From: an uncultured bacterium
Lineage (GTDB): Bacteria; Babelota; Babeliae; Babelales; Vermiphilaceae
NCBI GenBank assembly: GCA_963695335.1
Contig: OY968764.1
Location: 864,001 to 928,000 of the forward strand
DNA length: 64,000 nt
Direction of reading: 5' to 3'
Both the position numbers and the translations under genes were made by a program. Positions within the stretch are counted from its first letter, which is position 1, and each line of letters starts with the position of its first letter. Positions 1-9,432 of the stretch are shown piece by piece. The notes under the pieces are model-generated. The model did not search any database and was not told the DNA's origin. It saw only the letters and a program-made list of their open reading frames with translations.

Positions 1-1390
1 TAGAACCTATCGATTGGTAATACGCTCCTCCATGCCCTCCAAGATATATAATCCATGGTATAACTTCTGCTGGTGTGATTAGTTCCCCATTGCTTTTTTG
101 TGGGATAAAGAGTGATATGAGGTTATGTATGAATGTAGTTTTATGTTGAGATGTTTCTTGTATTTTGAGTTGTAGCAGAAGATTTTCGGCGCTTAAATTA
201 TCAATTGGAGTGGTCATTGCTGGATTAAATCCGCATTTTTTTGCTTGATCTTGCAAGTTAAACTGAGAAGCATCTTCTATATTGTCTATAATGTACTGTT
301 GAGGAATAACGAGTACTAAATCTTCTGATCTATGGAAATAAAAGGTGAAGTGTTTGCTATCAAAATCAATTAAGCTCAGAATAATTAAATGTAATGGATT
401 TTCATGTAGCTTATATGATGTCAGTAGTTTCTGGGCAAATGGGTCCGATTGGTTGCTGTTTCGTAACATCTGTAAATTATTTTCGCCGATTGTGTGTCTT
501 AGATGAGTAATGATTCCCAAGATATTGCTGGACATTATTATGGGGGCGGCTTGCTCATAGAGTGCAAGTAGTGCATCTTGCACCAGAAGTCGTGCTGATC
601 CCTGTAAGGTTTCTTCTTTTTCTGGATCAAGTAACATAATCAGGTCATGAGTTGTAAAATGTTTTTGTGTACGCTCTATAATAGATTTTTTTTCCTTTAC
701 TTGCTTGCCCTTTGTAGCTTCACCGTGTCCTCCGAAGCTTTCAGCGAAGGATGGAGCGGAGTAGGGTTCATCTTTTTTGTTATTGCCTGTTGGGGTCATA
801 TAAATCATTGCCACAGCTTCTAAAAGAGCTGTAGTGTCTTCATCAGAAAGATGTTGTGCTCTTATAAATTCAATAAATGGGTGAGTGAATGTATTATTGA
901 TCAATATATCATGATCAGACATTGTGGCTGTTATGTAATCCAGTACTTCGGCATATCTACTTGATTGTTTGCTTTGAGTAGAGGAGCTGGCTGTTGTGGA
1001 TTCCATGAGGGGTGGAAGTGCTGGCAATGTTCTTTGAGGTGGCAAACTATTGAAGGGTCTGTTTTGAGTACTGGAACTCGTTGTTGTGGGTTCCTTTTGG
1101 TGTGGTTTTGATGGAGGTGTTGGTAATGCTCTTTTTGTTGATGGATTGTTGTATTGTATGTCTTGAATAGAAGAACTGGCTGTTGTAGATTCCAGTGGAG
1201 CTGGAAGTGCTGCTCGTGGTCTTTGCGGTGGATTTGTATGTAATGGTCTATTTTGAGCAGATGCACTCGTTGTTGGTCTCATCACTGGGCTCGGTTTTGA
1301 TGGACGTGCTGGCTTTTCGGGCTCCATTGAGTTAATTGAGGTTATGCACAGTAGTGCTATAGTGACAAGCATATTTTTAAGATAATTCAT
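1..1390 (-). CDS. Secreted Pro/Ser/Thr-rich protein, paralog of 1421..3556; runs off the window start
   Basis: Manual translation from ATG at 1390 (MNYLKNMLVTIALLCITSINSME...) stays open to position 1. It shares THDLIMLLDP, YEQAAPIIMSSNIL, LVLVIP and GHGG motifs with the neighbour. Missing from the ORF track because no stop lies in the window. Confidence 0.85.
   Translation of the reverse strand, partial: MNYLKNMLVTIALLCITSINSMEPEKPARPSKPSPVMRPTTSASAQNRPLHTNPPQRPRAALPAPLESTTASSSIQDIQYNNPSTKRALPTPPSKPHQKEPTTTSSSTQNRPFNSLPPQRTLPALPPLMESTTASSSTQSKQSSRYAEVLDYITATMSDHDILINNTFTHPFIEFIRAQHLSDEDTTALLEAVAMIYMTPTGNNKKDEPYSAPSFAESFGGHGEATKGKQVKEKKSIIERTQKHFTTHDLIMLLDPEKEETLQGSARLLVQDALLALYEQAAPIIMSSNILGIITHLRHTIGENNLQMLRNSNQSDPFAQKLLTSYKLHENPLHLIILSLIDFDSKHFTFYFHRSEDLVLVIPQQYIIDNIEDASQFNLQDQAKKCGFNPAMTTPIDNLSAENLLLQLKIQETSQHKTTFIHNLISLFIPQKSNGELITPAEVIPWIIYLGGHGGAYYQSIGS
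704..766. repeat. Nested palindromic repeat (family C inside family B), in frame in a CDS
   Basis: cttgccctttgtagcttca-[ccgtgtcctccgaagctttcagcgaaggatg]-gagcggagtaggg; 63 bp, read as PYSAPSFAESFGGHGEATKGK. Confidence 0.75.
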
Positions 1391-1420
1391 AAAAATCCTT
1401 AGTTTGTTAAATATTATTTT

Positions 1421-3556
1421 TTAGATTTTTGCATCAATAAACTGTGCAATAGCATCCAAATTGTTTGGTTTAAGTTTGGCAACCTCTTGTGGGGTCAAAA
1501 ATTGTTGGGCAATGGAATTGATGTTAGTTGGCGAAAAAGAGATTTTTTGCATATTTTTGAGTATCTCATTAAGATCGTCAAATGTTTTTATGGCTACTGA
1601 ATATTGATATACATTTTTATTCAACTCAAAAGCAACATGCACATTTGCACCTAACTTAGCAATTGGAATATCATGTGATTGTAAAGGTTGAGTTTGTACT
1701 GATGGTTTAGGTGAAGCTCCAGGACCTGTGCCCATCATGCCATCTATTTTAATGATGAGATTGTTTATGTTCCCTTCTTGTGTTTGTAATTTTTTAACAA
1801 CAAAAAGTTGTGTATGCATTTTTGGATTAAGACGTACAAAATTAAAAATCAATTCTTGTAGTTGAATATTCCAACTGATTTCTTTAAAGACGCGACCTGT
1901 TTGGCGAGATTGAGTCATCACTGTGGGAGTTACGATTGCGCAATCGGTATTGTCACCAATATTTATTGCAACATTAATTCGCAATGGATTTACCATAATA
2001 ATACCAATATCTTTATTACTCATATCTATGGGTCGGTGTTCAGCTTCATGCTTTTTTATTATTCTTTCTGATAAGACTTCTGTATTTTTACTGATAGAAA
2101 GAGCACCAAACACACCTTTTCCCGGAAAGCGCACAAATGGTTGGTTATTTTCAGTTTCATGGGGATTAAGAGCACGTATAATTTTTGCAACGGGTTCTTT
2201 TTTCCCTTCTTTTATTTTTATAAACTCTTTTGGTTGACCAATGTAATGTCTGAGTAACTTAAAGAAGTCAGTAAAAGGGTGATACTGTAATTGTATATAA
2301 GGTTGTATGGAACTAAATCGCATAGATAATGGTATTCCTGTTGTTTCTTTTTCACCTAATCCTTCTGATGATACAATAAAATCAACGTCTAATGATGAGA
2401 GTATATCGTTCACAAACAGTTGATTATACCCACCAGAAAAACAGGTTGTATAATGGAGATAGGCAACATTAAGGTTTTCATCAAAAAAGTGCATTAATTG
2501 TGAAAATTCTTGTAATGATATTCCCACAACATTGCCTTTTTCTGGTACAACTTGATACGTATTACCAACAACAAGATAGGTTGGCCCACCATGTCCAGAG
2601 ATGTATTCATCCCATTCAGTATCTTGCTCTGGAGAAATTAATTTTCCATATTTTTTTTGAGGAATAAACAGTGCCGTTAGGTTATCGATAAATTTACTTG
2701 GACCTATAGTTTGTTGCCTGTCCTCCGTAGCCTTGGCGTAGGAGGGCTGAGTTTTTAATTGCTGCAGAAGATTTTCAGGGGTTGTATTGGTAACTCTTGT
2801 AACAATGTTTGAATGAAAACCACATGCTTTGAGTTCATCTTCTGAGCTGAACGATGGGCTGTTAGAAAAGCTGGTACTCATATAACGTTCTGGAATCACT
2901 AATACTAAATGATCTGTTTTGTGGAAGTAATAGTGTAAACTTTTATCATCAAAATTAATAAGACTCATTAAAATAACTGTTAATACTGATTCATTGATAT
3001 TGTATTGTTGCACAAGTTGTTGAGCAAATTGCTGTACCGTATTATAGGAACTGTTACGTAATTTTTGAAAATTTTGTTCACCTATTCTTTGTCTGATGAT
3101 GGTAATAATTTCTAAAATATTACTGCTCATGATAATTGGTGCTGCTTGTTCGTAGAATCCCATGAGAGCATTATTCACCATGGCGTTACCACCACGATTG
3201 ATTGTTTCTACTTTCTTTGGATCAAGGAGCATGATGAGGTTATGCGTTGGAGGGTATGCTTTTATTGAAGAAGGTTGTTTAGTTTCTTTTTTTTCAGGAG
3301 CTTTTTGTACTGGTTGTTTAATGATTGTTGGTTTTTGAGGTTGAATTATTTTTTTTTCTGCTGATGGTTTTGGGGAGATTAGTTTTTGCTGAGGTTGTAT
3401 TACAGGTTTTGGCTGAGGTATGGGTTGAGTTGATGGCTGTGGTTGCATTTGAGATCTATTAGGTTGCGCTGTTGGTACTGATTTTTTCATTTGTTTTGCA
3501 TGTGTAAATTGTATGCAAAACAATGACGTGAGAATAATGTTTTTTAATAGCTTCAT
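1421..3556 (-). CDS. Secreted protein with Pro/Gln-rich N-terminus and putative caspase-fold (clan CD) His-Cys peptidase domain
   Basis: 711-aa ORF with signal peptide; motifs YISGHGG and LHYTTCFSGG. Confidence 0.7.
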   Translation of the reverse strand: MKLLKNIILTSLFCIQFTHAKQMKKSVPTAQPNRSQMQPQPSTQPIPQPKPVIQPQQKLISPKPSAEKKIIQPQKPTIIKQPVQKAPEKKETKQPSSIKAYPPTHNLIMLLDPKKVETINRGGNAMVNNALMGFYEQAAPIIMSSNILEIITIIRQRIGEQNFQKLRNSSYNTVQQFAQQLVQQYNINESVLTVILMSLINFDDKSLHYYFHKTDHLVLVIPERYMSTSFSNSPSFSSEDELKACGFHSNIVTRVTNTTPENLLQQLKTQPSYAKATEDRQQTIGPSKFIDNLTALFIPQKKYGKLISPEQDTEWDEYISGHGGPTYLVVGNTYQVVPEKGNVVGISLQEFSQLMHFFDENLNVAYLHYTTCFSGGYNQLFVNDILSSLDVDFIVSSEGLGEKETTGIPLSMRFSSIQPYIQLQYHPFTDFFKLLRHYIGQPKEFIKIKEGKKEPVAKIIRALNPHETENNQPFVRFPGKGVFGALSISKNTEVLSERIIKKHEAEHRPIDMSNKDIGIIMVNPLRINVAINIGDNTDCAIVTPTVMTQSRQTGRVFKEISWNIQLQELIFNFVRLNPKMHTQLFVVKKLQTQEGNINNLIIKIDGMMGTGPGASPKPSVQTQPLQSHDIPIAKLGANVHVAFELNKNVYQYSVAIKTFDDLNEILKNMQKISFSPTNINSIAQQFLTPQEVAKLKPNNLDAIAQFIDAKI
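2717..2746. repeat. 30-bp palindromic repeat, family C, in frame (PSYAKATEDR)
   Basis: 29/30 identical to 18023-18052 in ftsK; absent at the aligned position of the paralog at 1-1390. Confidence 0.9.
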
Positions 3557-3582
3557 GTAAAAATCCTTTTTTTAAATTTTAA

Positions 3583-4593
3583 CTATTTTTGTAATATCTT
3601 TTTCATGTAATATTGTTCCATCCCATGCATTTTCTGGACATTAGGAGCAACGGCTACCATTTTAAATCCACATTTTTCATAAAAAGGTTTTGCTTGCCAT
3701 TCATAAGTTTCGAGATGGATGTTTTTACACTTTTTATTTGTGGCGTAAGTGCTTACTTCATCCATAATTTTTTTTCCTAAACCTTTGTTTCTATGATTTT
3801 CATCAACCCATACAGTAGATACTTTGCATGATTTTCCTATATGTTTGTATCCAAGTATGTGGCCAATAGCACCAGCAATAATTTTGTCTTTATTTGATGT
3901 AACAAAAATAGTATAAGGTTGTTCAGATATGATAGAACAGGCTTCATTAGTAGAGTTATGTATGTGTTTGTCGATGGCATTACTATGTTTATTGCGAGAT
4001 GTTTTTAATCGTGTTTTATAGGGAATGGGGGATGATTTTACAATAATACGTTTATCTAGAGGTAATCTCATAATGTATGTTTCTATATTTCCTAGCTCCG
4101 GAACAGTTGCATCAGCAACAAACCCAATTGTTTCATAAAACTTTTTTGCCTCACTGTTATTGTGTATGCCATGAACTTCTGTTTGGATTATAGAGCATTT
4201 TTTATGTGTAACATAATCAAGTAATCTGTTCATGATATATGTATCTAGATTTTTATGTTTATACTGTTTATCTACCCATATACCATTGAGTTCACAAACT
4301 TCTCCAATAGCAGGAGATCTGCAAATATCACAGGTTGCTCCAGCAATCGCTTTTTTATGTTTATCTTTTACAACAATTGTACAATGATCAAATTTTATGA
4401 TGCCTGTTTTTTCGGTATTAAATGAATCAAGCCCATTTACAATAGGATCGTTGATCTTTGGATCCTTAGATTCAGTGAGGTAGATTTTGTAGTTATTAAA
4501 TTGATGCAAGGGATAAGCATCTGTTTTTTTTATTGATGCGATTGAGCATAAAAAAGAACAACTGAGAGTAATAAGAACTATTCGTACTATCAT
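3583..4593 (-). CDS. Tandem GNAT N-acetyltransferase with N-terminal signal-like peptide
   Basis: Two GNAT modules (IWVDKQYK...AKKFYETIGF; VWVDENHRNKGLG...AKPFYEKCGF); start moved to the ATG at 4593. Confidence 0.8.
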   Translation of the reverse strand: MIVRIVLITLSCSFLCSIASIKKTDAYPLHQFNNYKIYLTESKDPKINDPIVNGLDSFNTEKTGIIKFDHCTIVVKDKHKKAIAGATCDICRSPAIGEVCELNGIWVDKQYKHKNLDTYIMNRLLDYVTHKKCSIIQTEVHGIHNNSEAKKFYETIGFVADATVPELGNIETYIMRLPLDKRIIVKSSPIPYKTRLKTSRNKHSNAIDKHIHNSTNEACSIISEQPYTIFVTSNKDKIIAGAIGHILGYKHIGKSCKVSTVWVDENHRNKGLGKKIMDEVSTYATNKKCKNIHLETYEWQAKPFYEKCGFKMVAVAPNVQKMHGMEQYYMKKILQK

Positions 4594-4666
4594 AACTGCC
4601 CCCCCTAGCAATGAAAGTATTGATAGTATTAATGTATCTTAATTAAATTGCTGCTTGCAAGAACTG

Positions 4667-6676
4667 TTACCAGCAAACACTACCTTTAAGCCATACACCC
4701 CAGTTTGAAAGTGCGCAGTTAATACATTTATCGTCACCAATCACCGGAGGCAGACCTGCTTGTCTGCCAAATTCAATTTCAGATCCAAATCCAATATGTG
4801 ATTCTGCGCGGCCATAGGTGTGAATGTGGTGATCAAAATGAGTGAATAGTTTGTGTGAAAATCCGCTTGTGGCAGCACTATTAAGATCAAGATCATGTAT
4901 GCTGATAAGAACTGGTTGGATTGATGTATTTATCTGGTTTGTGATAGTTATATCTTGAGGCGAAGCCACTAGATATTGATTGTTGCCAGCAAATGCTGGT
5001 TCTGGAAAATCTATATTAGGATTGCGTTGAGCGGTTTGTATTTGGATATTGCGTTCTGCTTCATTTGAGCTAACGCCTTGTTTTGGTAAATTTTTTCCAT
5101 AATTGATAGTTGCTTGTGATTCTGTTGCAGAAAGTGGTACTGCGGTTCCGATTGGTAAATCGGAAGAGTTAGAAGATTCCCCGACAAAACCATAAACCTG
5201 GGCATCGCCTTTGATTGCCCAGCTGTTTTCTGGAAAATTTTCACAATGTTTGAGTGATATATTTTCACATCCACGCTTCCAGGCATCATAACCGATTGTC
5301 CAATAATTACGATTGTGAGTATATGAAAGGCTTAAAGCAATATCAGCTTGTACATTGATGCTTACAACAATGTCTTGTGTAGTAAAGTTAACGATAGAAC
5401 TGACTTCATGATCGAATTGGGCGATTGGAATATTACCGTTGCCTGTTAAATTATCACTGATAATAGGTGTCATTTTTTCTGCAAGCATGTAACGGCTATT
5501 TGGTTTTCCTTTTAAATCAAATGCTCGTCGTTGAGAACTTTTAAACATATGATTAACGGTGATATCTGCAAAGCAATCAACTTTTTGATCTTGTGTGCTA
5601 TTTTCCCATGCAACTGCATGCGCAGTGATGCCAATGCCTAATTCATAGTGATGTCCATTACCAACAATTGGTTCAAATAAAAATTTTCCGTGTGGACGGT
5701 TTCCCAGTGGTATAGCCAATTGCGTTTTTATACCAACATGATGAAGATCGTGTATAAACCAATCATATCCAAGGTTTGTACGTAATTCAGCAAAGTGTAC
5801 CGCACGGCGTGCACAGAGTGCCATTTTACCTTGTGTGAGTGGTTGAAAGGTAAGATCACTAATATTTGGTACGCTATATCCAGCAATATACTGGCTAAAG
5901 CATTTCAAAAGATCTGATCGTTCAACTCCGTTTGGATTAAAGTAACCAGGAGCATAACCATTTATTCCTGAATTAATGACCGCTTCTCCTATATCAAGTT
6001 TCCAGTTGGTGTAAACAAGTGGTAAAAATATTTCTACATATAATCCTTTTACAATATTATTAAATCCCCAAAAAGATTGTGCTTCAACAATAACGTTATT
6101 AACGCGTGGCCGAAAACGTACAACGCTACTAAAATCTGTTGGTAAACCAAAATAATCTGCAAGCCAATCTTGTTGGGCTGATCGGTGTTCTGTTTGACTT
6201 CCAGATACTATAATAAAATCTTTCCATTCGGTGTCGTCACCATCTTTTCTGACAATATCTTGCCCAAATAAACATTGGTTGATCCGTTCGGGGCGGAATG
6301 ATGTTGTTGTTTCTAATACAAATCCGTATGTGCTGTATAACTTGTTTTGCGTGGGAATGTGAGTGATTGTATCCCAACCTGATATAAAACGTGGGGTATC
6401 AAAACCCTGTGAGCGTGGTGAAATAAAAGAGATGACTTGTGTATTTTGTGCGTGGGTGATGATAAATGTAAAAAGAAATAAACCTCCTGCGCTCATCCTG
6501 AGCTCGTCGAAGGATTTCTTTGAGCGCTCGAAGATATCCTTCAACAAGTTCAGGATGAGCGCAAGAGAAGATACAATTAAGGAAGTGGTTGATTTTTTCC
6601 GCTCGTCCTGAGTGTTTTTGTCTTCAAAAATGTATCGAAGGATTTGAGCGGTCTTGAAATAAATTTTCTTATTCAT
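4667..6676 (-). CDS. Putative outer-membrane barrel-like protein, paralog 1 of 5; signal peptide interrupted by repeats
   Basis: Family motifs RSQ, LADYFGLP.DF, GNRP..FLFEP.VGNGHH.ELG, SRYMLA, KGDA; C-terminus WGVWLKGSVCW. Confidence 0.75.
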   Translation of the reverse strand: MNKKIYFKTAQILRYIFEDKNTQDERKKSTTSLIVSSLALILNLLKDIFERSKKSFDELRMSAGGLFLFTFIITHAQNTQVISFISPRSQGFDTPRFISGWDTITHIPTQNKLYSTYGFVLETTTSFRPERINQCLFGQDIVRKDGDDTEWKDFIIVSGSQTEHRSAQQDWLADYFGLPTDFSSVVRFRPRVNNVIVEAQSFWGFNNIVKGLYVEIFLPLVYTNWKLDIGEAVINSGINGYAPGYFNPNGVERSDLLKCFSQYIAGYSVPNISDLTFQPLTQGKMALCARRAVHFAELRTNLGYDWFIHDLHHVGIKTQLAIPLGNRPHGKFLFEPIVGNGHHYELGIGITAHAVAWENSTQDQKVDCFADITVNHMFKSSQRRAFDLKGKPNSRYMLAEKMTPIISDNLTGNGNIPIAQFDHEVSSIVNFTTQDIVVSINVQADIALSLSYTHNRNYWTIGYDAWKRGCENISLKHCENFPENSWAIKGDAQVYGFVGESSNSSDLPIGTAVPLSATESQATINYGKNLPKQGVSSNEAERNIQIQTAQRNPNIDFPEPAFAGNNQYLVASPQDITITNQINTSIQPVLISIHDLDLNSAATSGFSHKLFTHFDHHIHTYGRAESHIGFGSEIEFGRQAGLPPVIGDDKCINCALSNWGVWLKGSVCW
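6489..6562. repeat. Family A double palindromic repeat, in frame in CDS N-terminus
   Basis: gcgctcatcctgagctcgtcgaagga...tccttcaacaagttcaggatgagcgc; near-identical to 36433-36506. Confidence 0.9.
6599..6651. repeat. Family A variant repeat with internal hairpin
   Basis: ccgctcgtcctgagtgtttttg...aaaaatgtatcgaaggatttgagcgg; same variant at 39336-39380. Confidence 0.8.
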
Positions 6677-6697
6677 AAGTACATGCTATTTTATTTG

Positions 6698-6734
6698 TGC
6701 GCTTTAATCCTTCAACAAGTTCAGGATGAGCGCA
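6698..6734. repeat. Family A repeat, intergenic
   Basis: tgcgct...tccttcaacaagttcaggatgagcgca. Confidence 0.8.
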
Positions 6735-6751
6735 GGAAATTAATGTATTGT

Positions 6752-8575
6752 TCAAAATGTTGCGCCAGTTTTAAGCCATATACCCCATTGCGATGCACAT
6801 GCTTGTGGAACATGATTATTACATGTCTTGTCACAATCGCGTTTGGTTTTAGCAGCCCATTCCGCTTCACCACCAATACCAAGATACGGTTGCCATTCTG
6901 TTTTATCATTCCAAGTGTATGAAAGGTGGGCAAATATTTTGTTTGATGATCCGCCCGTTTCTGCGCCTTCAAGATTAAGATCATTACGTGTAATAAATAC
7001 GGGTGGAATTGATGTGTTAATGATATTGGTAGGAGCATCAGGTATGTTTGGTGCGTATAATAGATTTTGTGGCGTTGCTGGAGCAGTAGGATTTGTTTGA
7101 GCTGGTTGCGGGAAATCAATATTTGGGTTCTTCGACGCCGCAATGATTACGGCAGGGTCTGTTGTGCCGGTTGCAGGTAAGTTGGTTCCTGCATGAATGG
7201 TTGCTTTATCTTCTGTTGCAGAAAGGGCTACGGAGGTTGTTGAATTTGGCAAAAAACCAAATATATGTGCATCACCTTTTAATACAAATCTGTTTTCATC
7301 AAAGGATTCAAATGTTCGCAAAGATATATTATCAGATGATCTGCCCCAATAGTTATAACCAAGATCAAAACTCCAACTGTTTCTTACTGCATTAAACATA
7401 ACAACAATATCAGCTTGTATTGCAATGCTGACATTTACATCAAGGGTGGTAAAGTTGGCAACGGGAAGATAATCATTATCAAATTGTGCTGATGGAATGA
7501 GCTGTGGTGTATTAGTTGGGCCTTGTAGGTTTGTTGCTGGTGATGTCATTTCCATAGCAAGCATATATCTGCTGAGAGTTCCTGCTCTCGTTAAATCAAA
7601 TGTGCGCACCTGTTTGGTTTTAAAAAGATGCGTAAGATTTATATCAATATAGAATTGAGCGTGTGCAGTTTCTTCTTCATTATACCAAAAATTGTAGTGA
7701 CCGTTTAATCCAAAACCAAGTTCCCAAAAATGCCCGTTGCCTACCATTGGTTCAAACAAAAAGTCTGCATGAGGACGCAATCCAATTGGAGCCGCAATTT
7801 GTCCGTTAAACCCAACATGCCAATCTGGCTCTGCAAAAAAGTTCCATCCAAATCCTGTGCGCAGCTCAGCAAGACGAGATTTAATCAAGCGATCAGTACT
7901 CATTTTTGCATAACGCAACTCTTCAAATGCAATGTTATCTGTATTTGGTACAGTACGGCCCATTACAAAATCAGTAAAATTATCAAGTAATAAGTTACGT
8001 GGTAATGTATCAGGTGTGTAATAGCCGGGAGCTGCATTGTTGACACCTTCATTAATCGTAGATTCATTGATATTTATATCCCAGCGTGTGTGAGAAAAGG
8101 GTGCATGTAACCAAAAATAAACACCTTTTGCCCATGCATCAAGACCAAGATAAAAACCAAAATCAATTATGACGTTATCAATGGTTGGATTAAATTGTAC
8201 GGTACTTTCAAAATCTGAAGGGAGATAAAAATAATCGGCGAGTAAATCTTGTGGTCCACGGTTATTTACTTGTGAACCAGAAATTTTTAAATGTTGAGCA
8301 CATCCGTGACCAATTAAATTATCACCAAATAGAGTACGTGTGATATTGTTGCTGCTATGAAACGTCTGACTATATTCTGGTGTTACACTTAAAGCTCCGT
8401 AGACTATATCCGGTGAACTATCTTTATTGATGTAATTTGTCCAACCAGCAAGATCACGTGCTGCGTTACGAGAAATTGATCGTCCATTAAAAAAGGTTGC
8501 TACTTGTTGTTCTAGAGCATACGCAAAAGATGTGAATGCAATAGGTGCGAGAAGGGCGATATATTTTATTTTCAT
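6752..8575 (-). CDS. Putative outer-membrane barrel-like protein, paralog 2 of 5
   Basis: 607 aa, signal peptide, family motifs, C-terminus QWGIWLKTGATF. Confidence 0.8.
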   Translation of the reverse strand: MKIKYIALLAPIAFTSFAYALEQQVATFFNGRSISRNAARDLAGWTNYINKDSSPDIVYGALSVTPEYSQTFHSSNNITRTLFGDNLIGHGCAQHLKISGSQVNNRGPQDLLADYFYLPSDFESTVQFNPTIDNVIIDFGFYLGLDAWAKGVYFWLHAPFSHTRWDININESTINEGVNNAAPGYYTPDTLPRNLLLDNFTDFVMGRTVPNTDNIAFEELRYAKMSTDRLIKSRLAELRTGFGWNFFAEPDWHVGFNGQIAAPIGLRPHADFLFEPMVGNGHFWELGFGLNGHYNFWYNEEETAHAQFYIDINLTHLFKTKQVRTFDLTRAGTLSRYMLAMEMTSPATNLQGPTNTPQLIPSAQFDNDYLPVANFTTLDVNVSIAIQADIVVMFNAVRNSWSFDLGYNYWGRSSDNISLRTFESFDENRFVLKGDAHIFGFLPNSTTSVALSATEDKATIHAGTNLPATGTTDPAVIIAASKNPNIDFPQPAQTNPTAPATPQNLLYAPNIPDAPTNIINTSIPPVFITRNDLNLEGAETGGSSNKIFAHLSYTWNDKTEWQPYLGIGGEAEWAAKTKRDCDKTCNNHVPQACASQWGIWLKTGATF

Positions 8576-8618
8576 GACGATCCTTTTTTATAACATCTTT
8601 TACTAAGTAGTATTTTCC

Positions 8619-8659
8619 AGCGCTCGTCCTGAGCCTGTCGAAGAATTTCTTCGAGCGCT
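8619..8659. repeat. Family A repeat, intergenic
   Basis: agcgctcgtcctgagcctgtcgaagaa...cgagcgct. Confidence 0.8.
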
Positions 8660-8713
8660 CAATAAATATAGTACTAGCATTAGCAGAGTTGAATAAAAAA
8701 AGGCAATGATACG

Positions 8714-8751
8714 CAAAAAAAGGCCTCTCATAGAAGAGAGACCTTTTTTTT
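8714..8751. terminator. Rho-independent terminator
   Basis: A-tract, hairpin ggcctctc/gagagacc, T-tract; downstream of the ankyrin gene. Confidence 0.65.
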
Positions 8752-8768
8752 GCTCAAACATTATAAAT

Positions 8769-9344
8769 TTAAGCAGCTTTTGCAGGACTTGTATGTTTAT
8801 ACAATAGATCTAAGATTTGAGGTTTGTTTCGAGCGTAATCAAAGCTTGTTTTGCCATTTGGATCTTTTAGATATGGATTAGCGCCGTGTTCAAGAAGTAA
8901 TTTAACCATTGACACATGGGAAAATTCACAGGCTACCATGAGAGAACTTACAGGAGTTAAATTGGGATTGGCATTATATTTTTCAAGTAATGTTTTTGCT
9001 GCTAATAAATAATCTTTTTCAGCCGCTATATCAAGCAATGTACTTTGAGTTATATCAGGAGCTGTATATTCAGTAACACTAATAACACCTTTCATTGAAT
9101 CAAGAATATGAAAAATAGCGGGCCAATCGATATTGTTTTTAAACACATACTCAAGCCCTTGTTGATCAACTATGAGAGCATCGAGCATTGCATACACTGG
9201 TTTACGTGCTAATTCTTTTTGACGAGCTAGTTTTCTACGTTGTACTTCCTCTACTGATAGTTGTATGTTTTTCATTGATTTTGCATTGATGCTAGCTATC
9301 ATCCCTAACGCTATCACACCTGATAATAAATGTACTTTTTTCAT
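8769..9344 (-). CDS. Secreted ankyrin-repeat protein
   Basis: Signal peptide; SSLMVACEFSHVSMVKLLLEHGANPYLKDPNGKTSFDYA. Confidence 0.85.
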   Translation of the reverse strand: MKKVHLLSGVIALGMIASINAKSMKNIQLSVEEVQRRKLARQKELARKPVYAMLDALIVDQQGLEYVFKNNIDWPAIFHILDSMKGVISVTEYTAPDITQSTLLDIAAEKDYLLAAKTLLEKYNANPNLTPVSSLMVACEFSHVSMVKLLLEHGANPYLKDPNGKTSFDYARNKPQILDLLYKHTSPAKAA

Positions 9345-9432
9345 GAGACTTCCCCTTTTTTGAAAATTAACGATATTTTATTTCAATTATAATAGTAACA
9401 GGTGGGGGGGGGTAGAAATCAAGGCTTATTTG

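Noticed and set aside
931..1266. 111-aa ORF in the track
   Set aside because: Alternative frame inside the real gene 1..1390, which is open in another frame and homologous to its neighbour.
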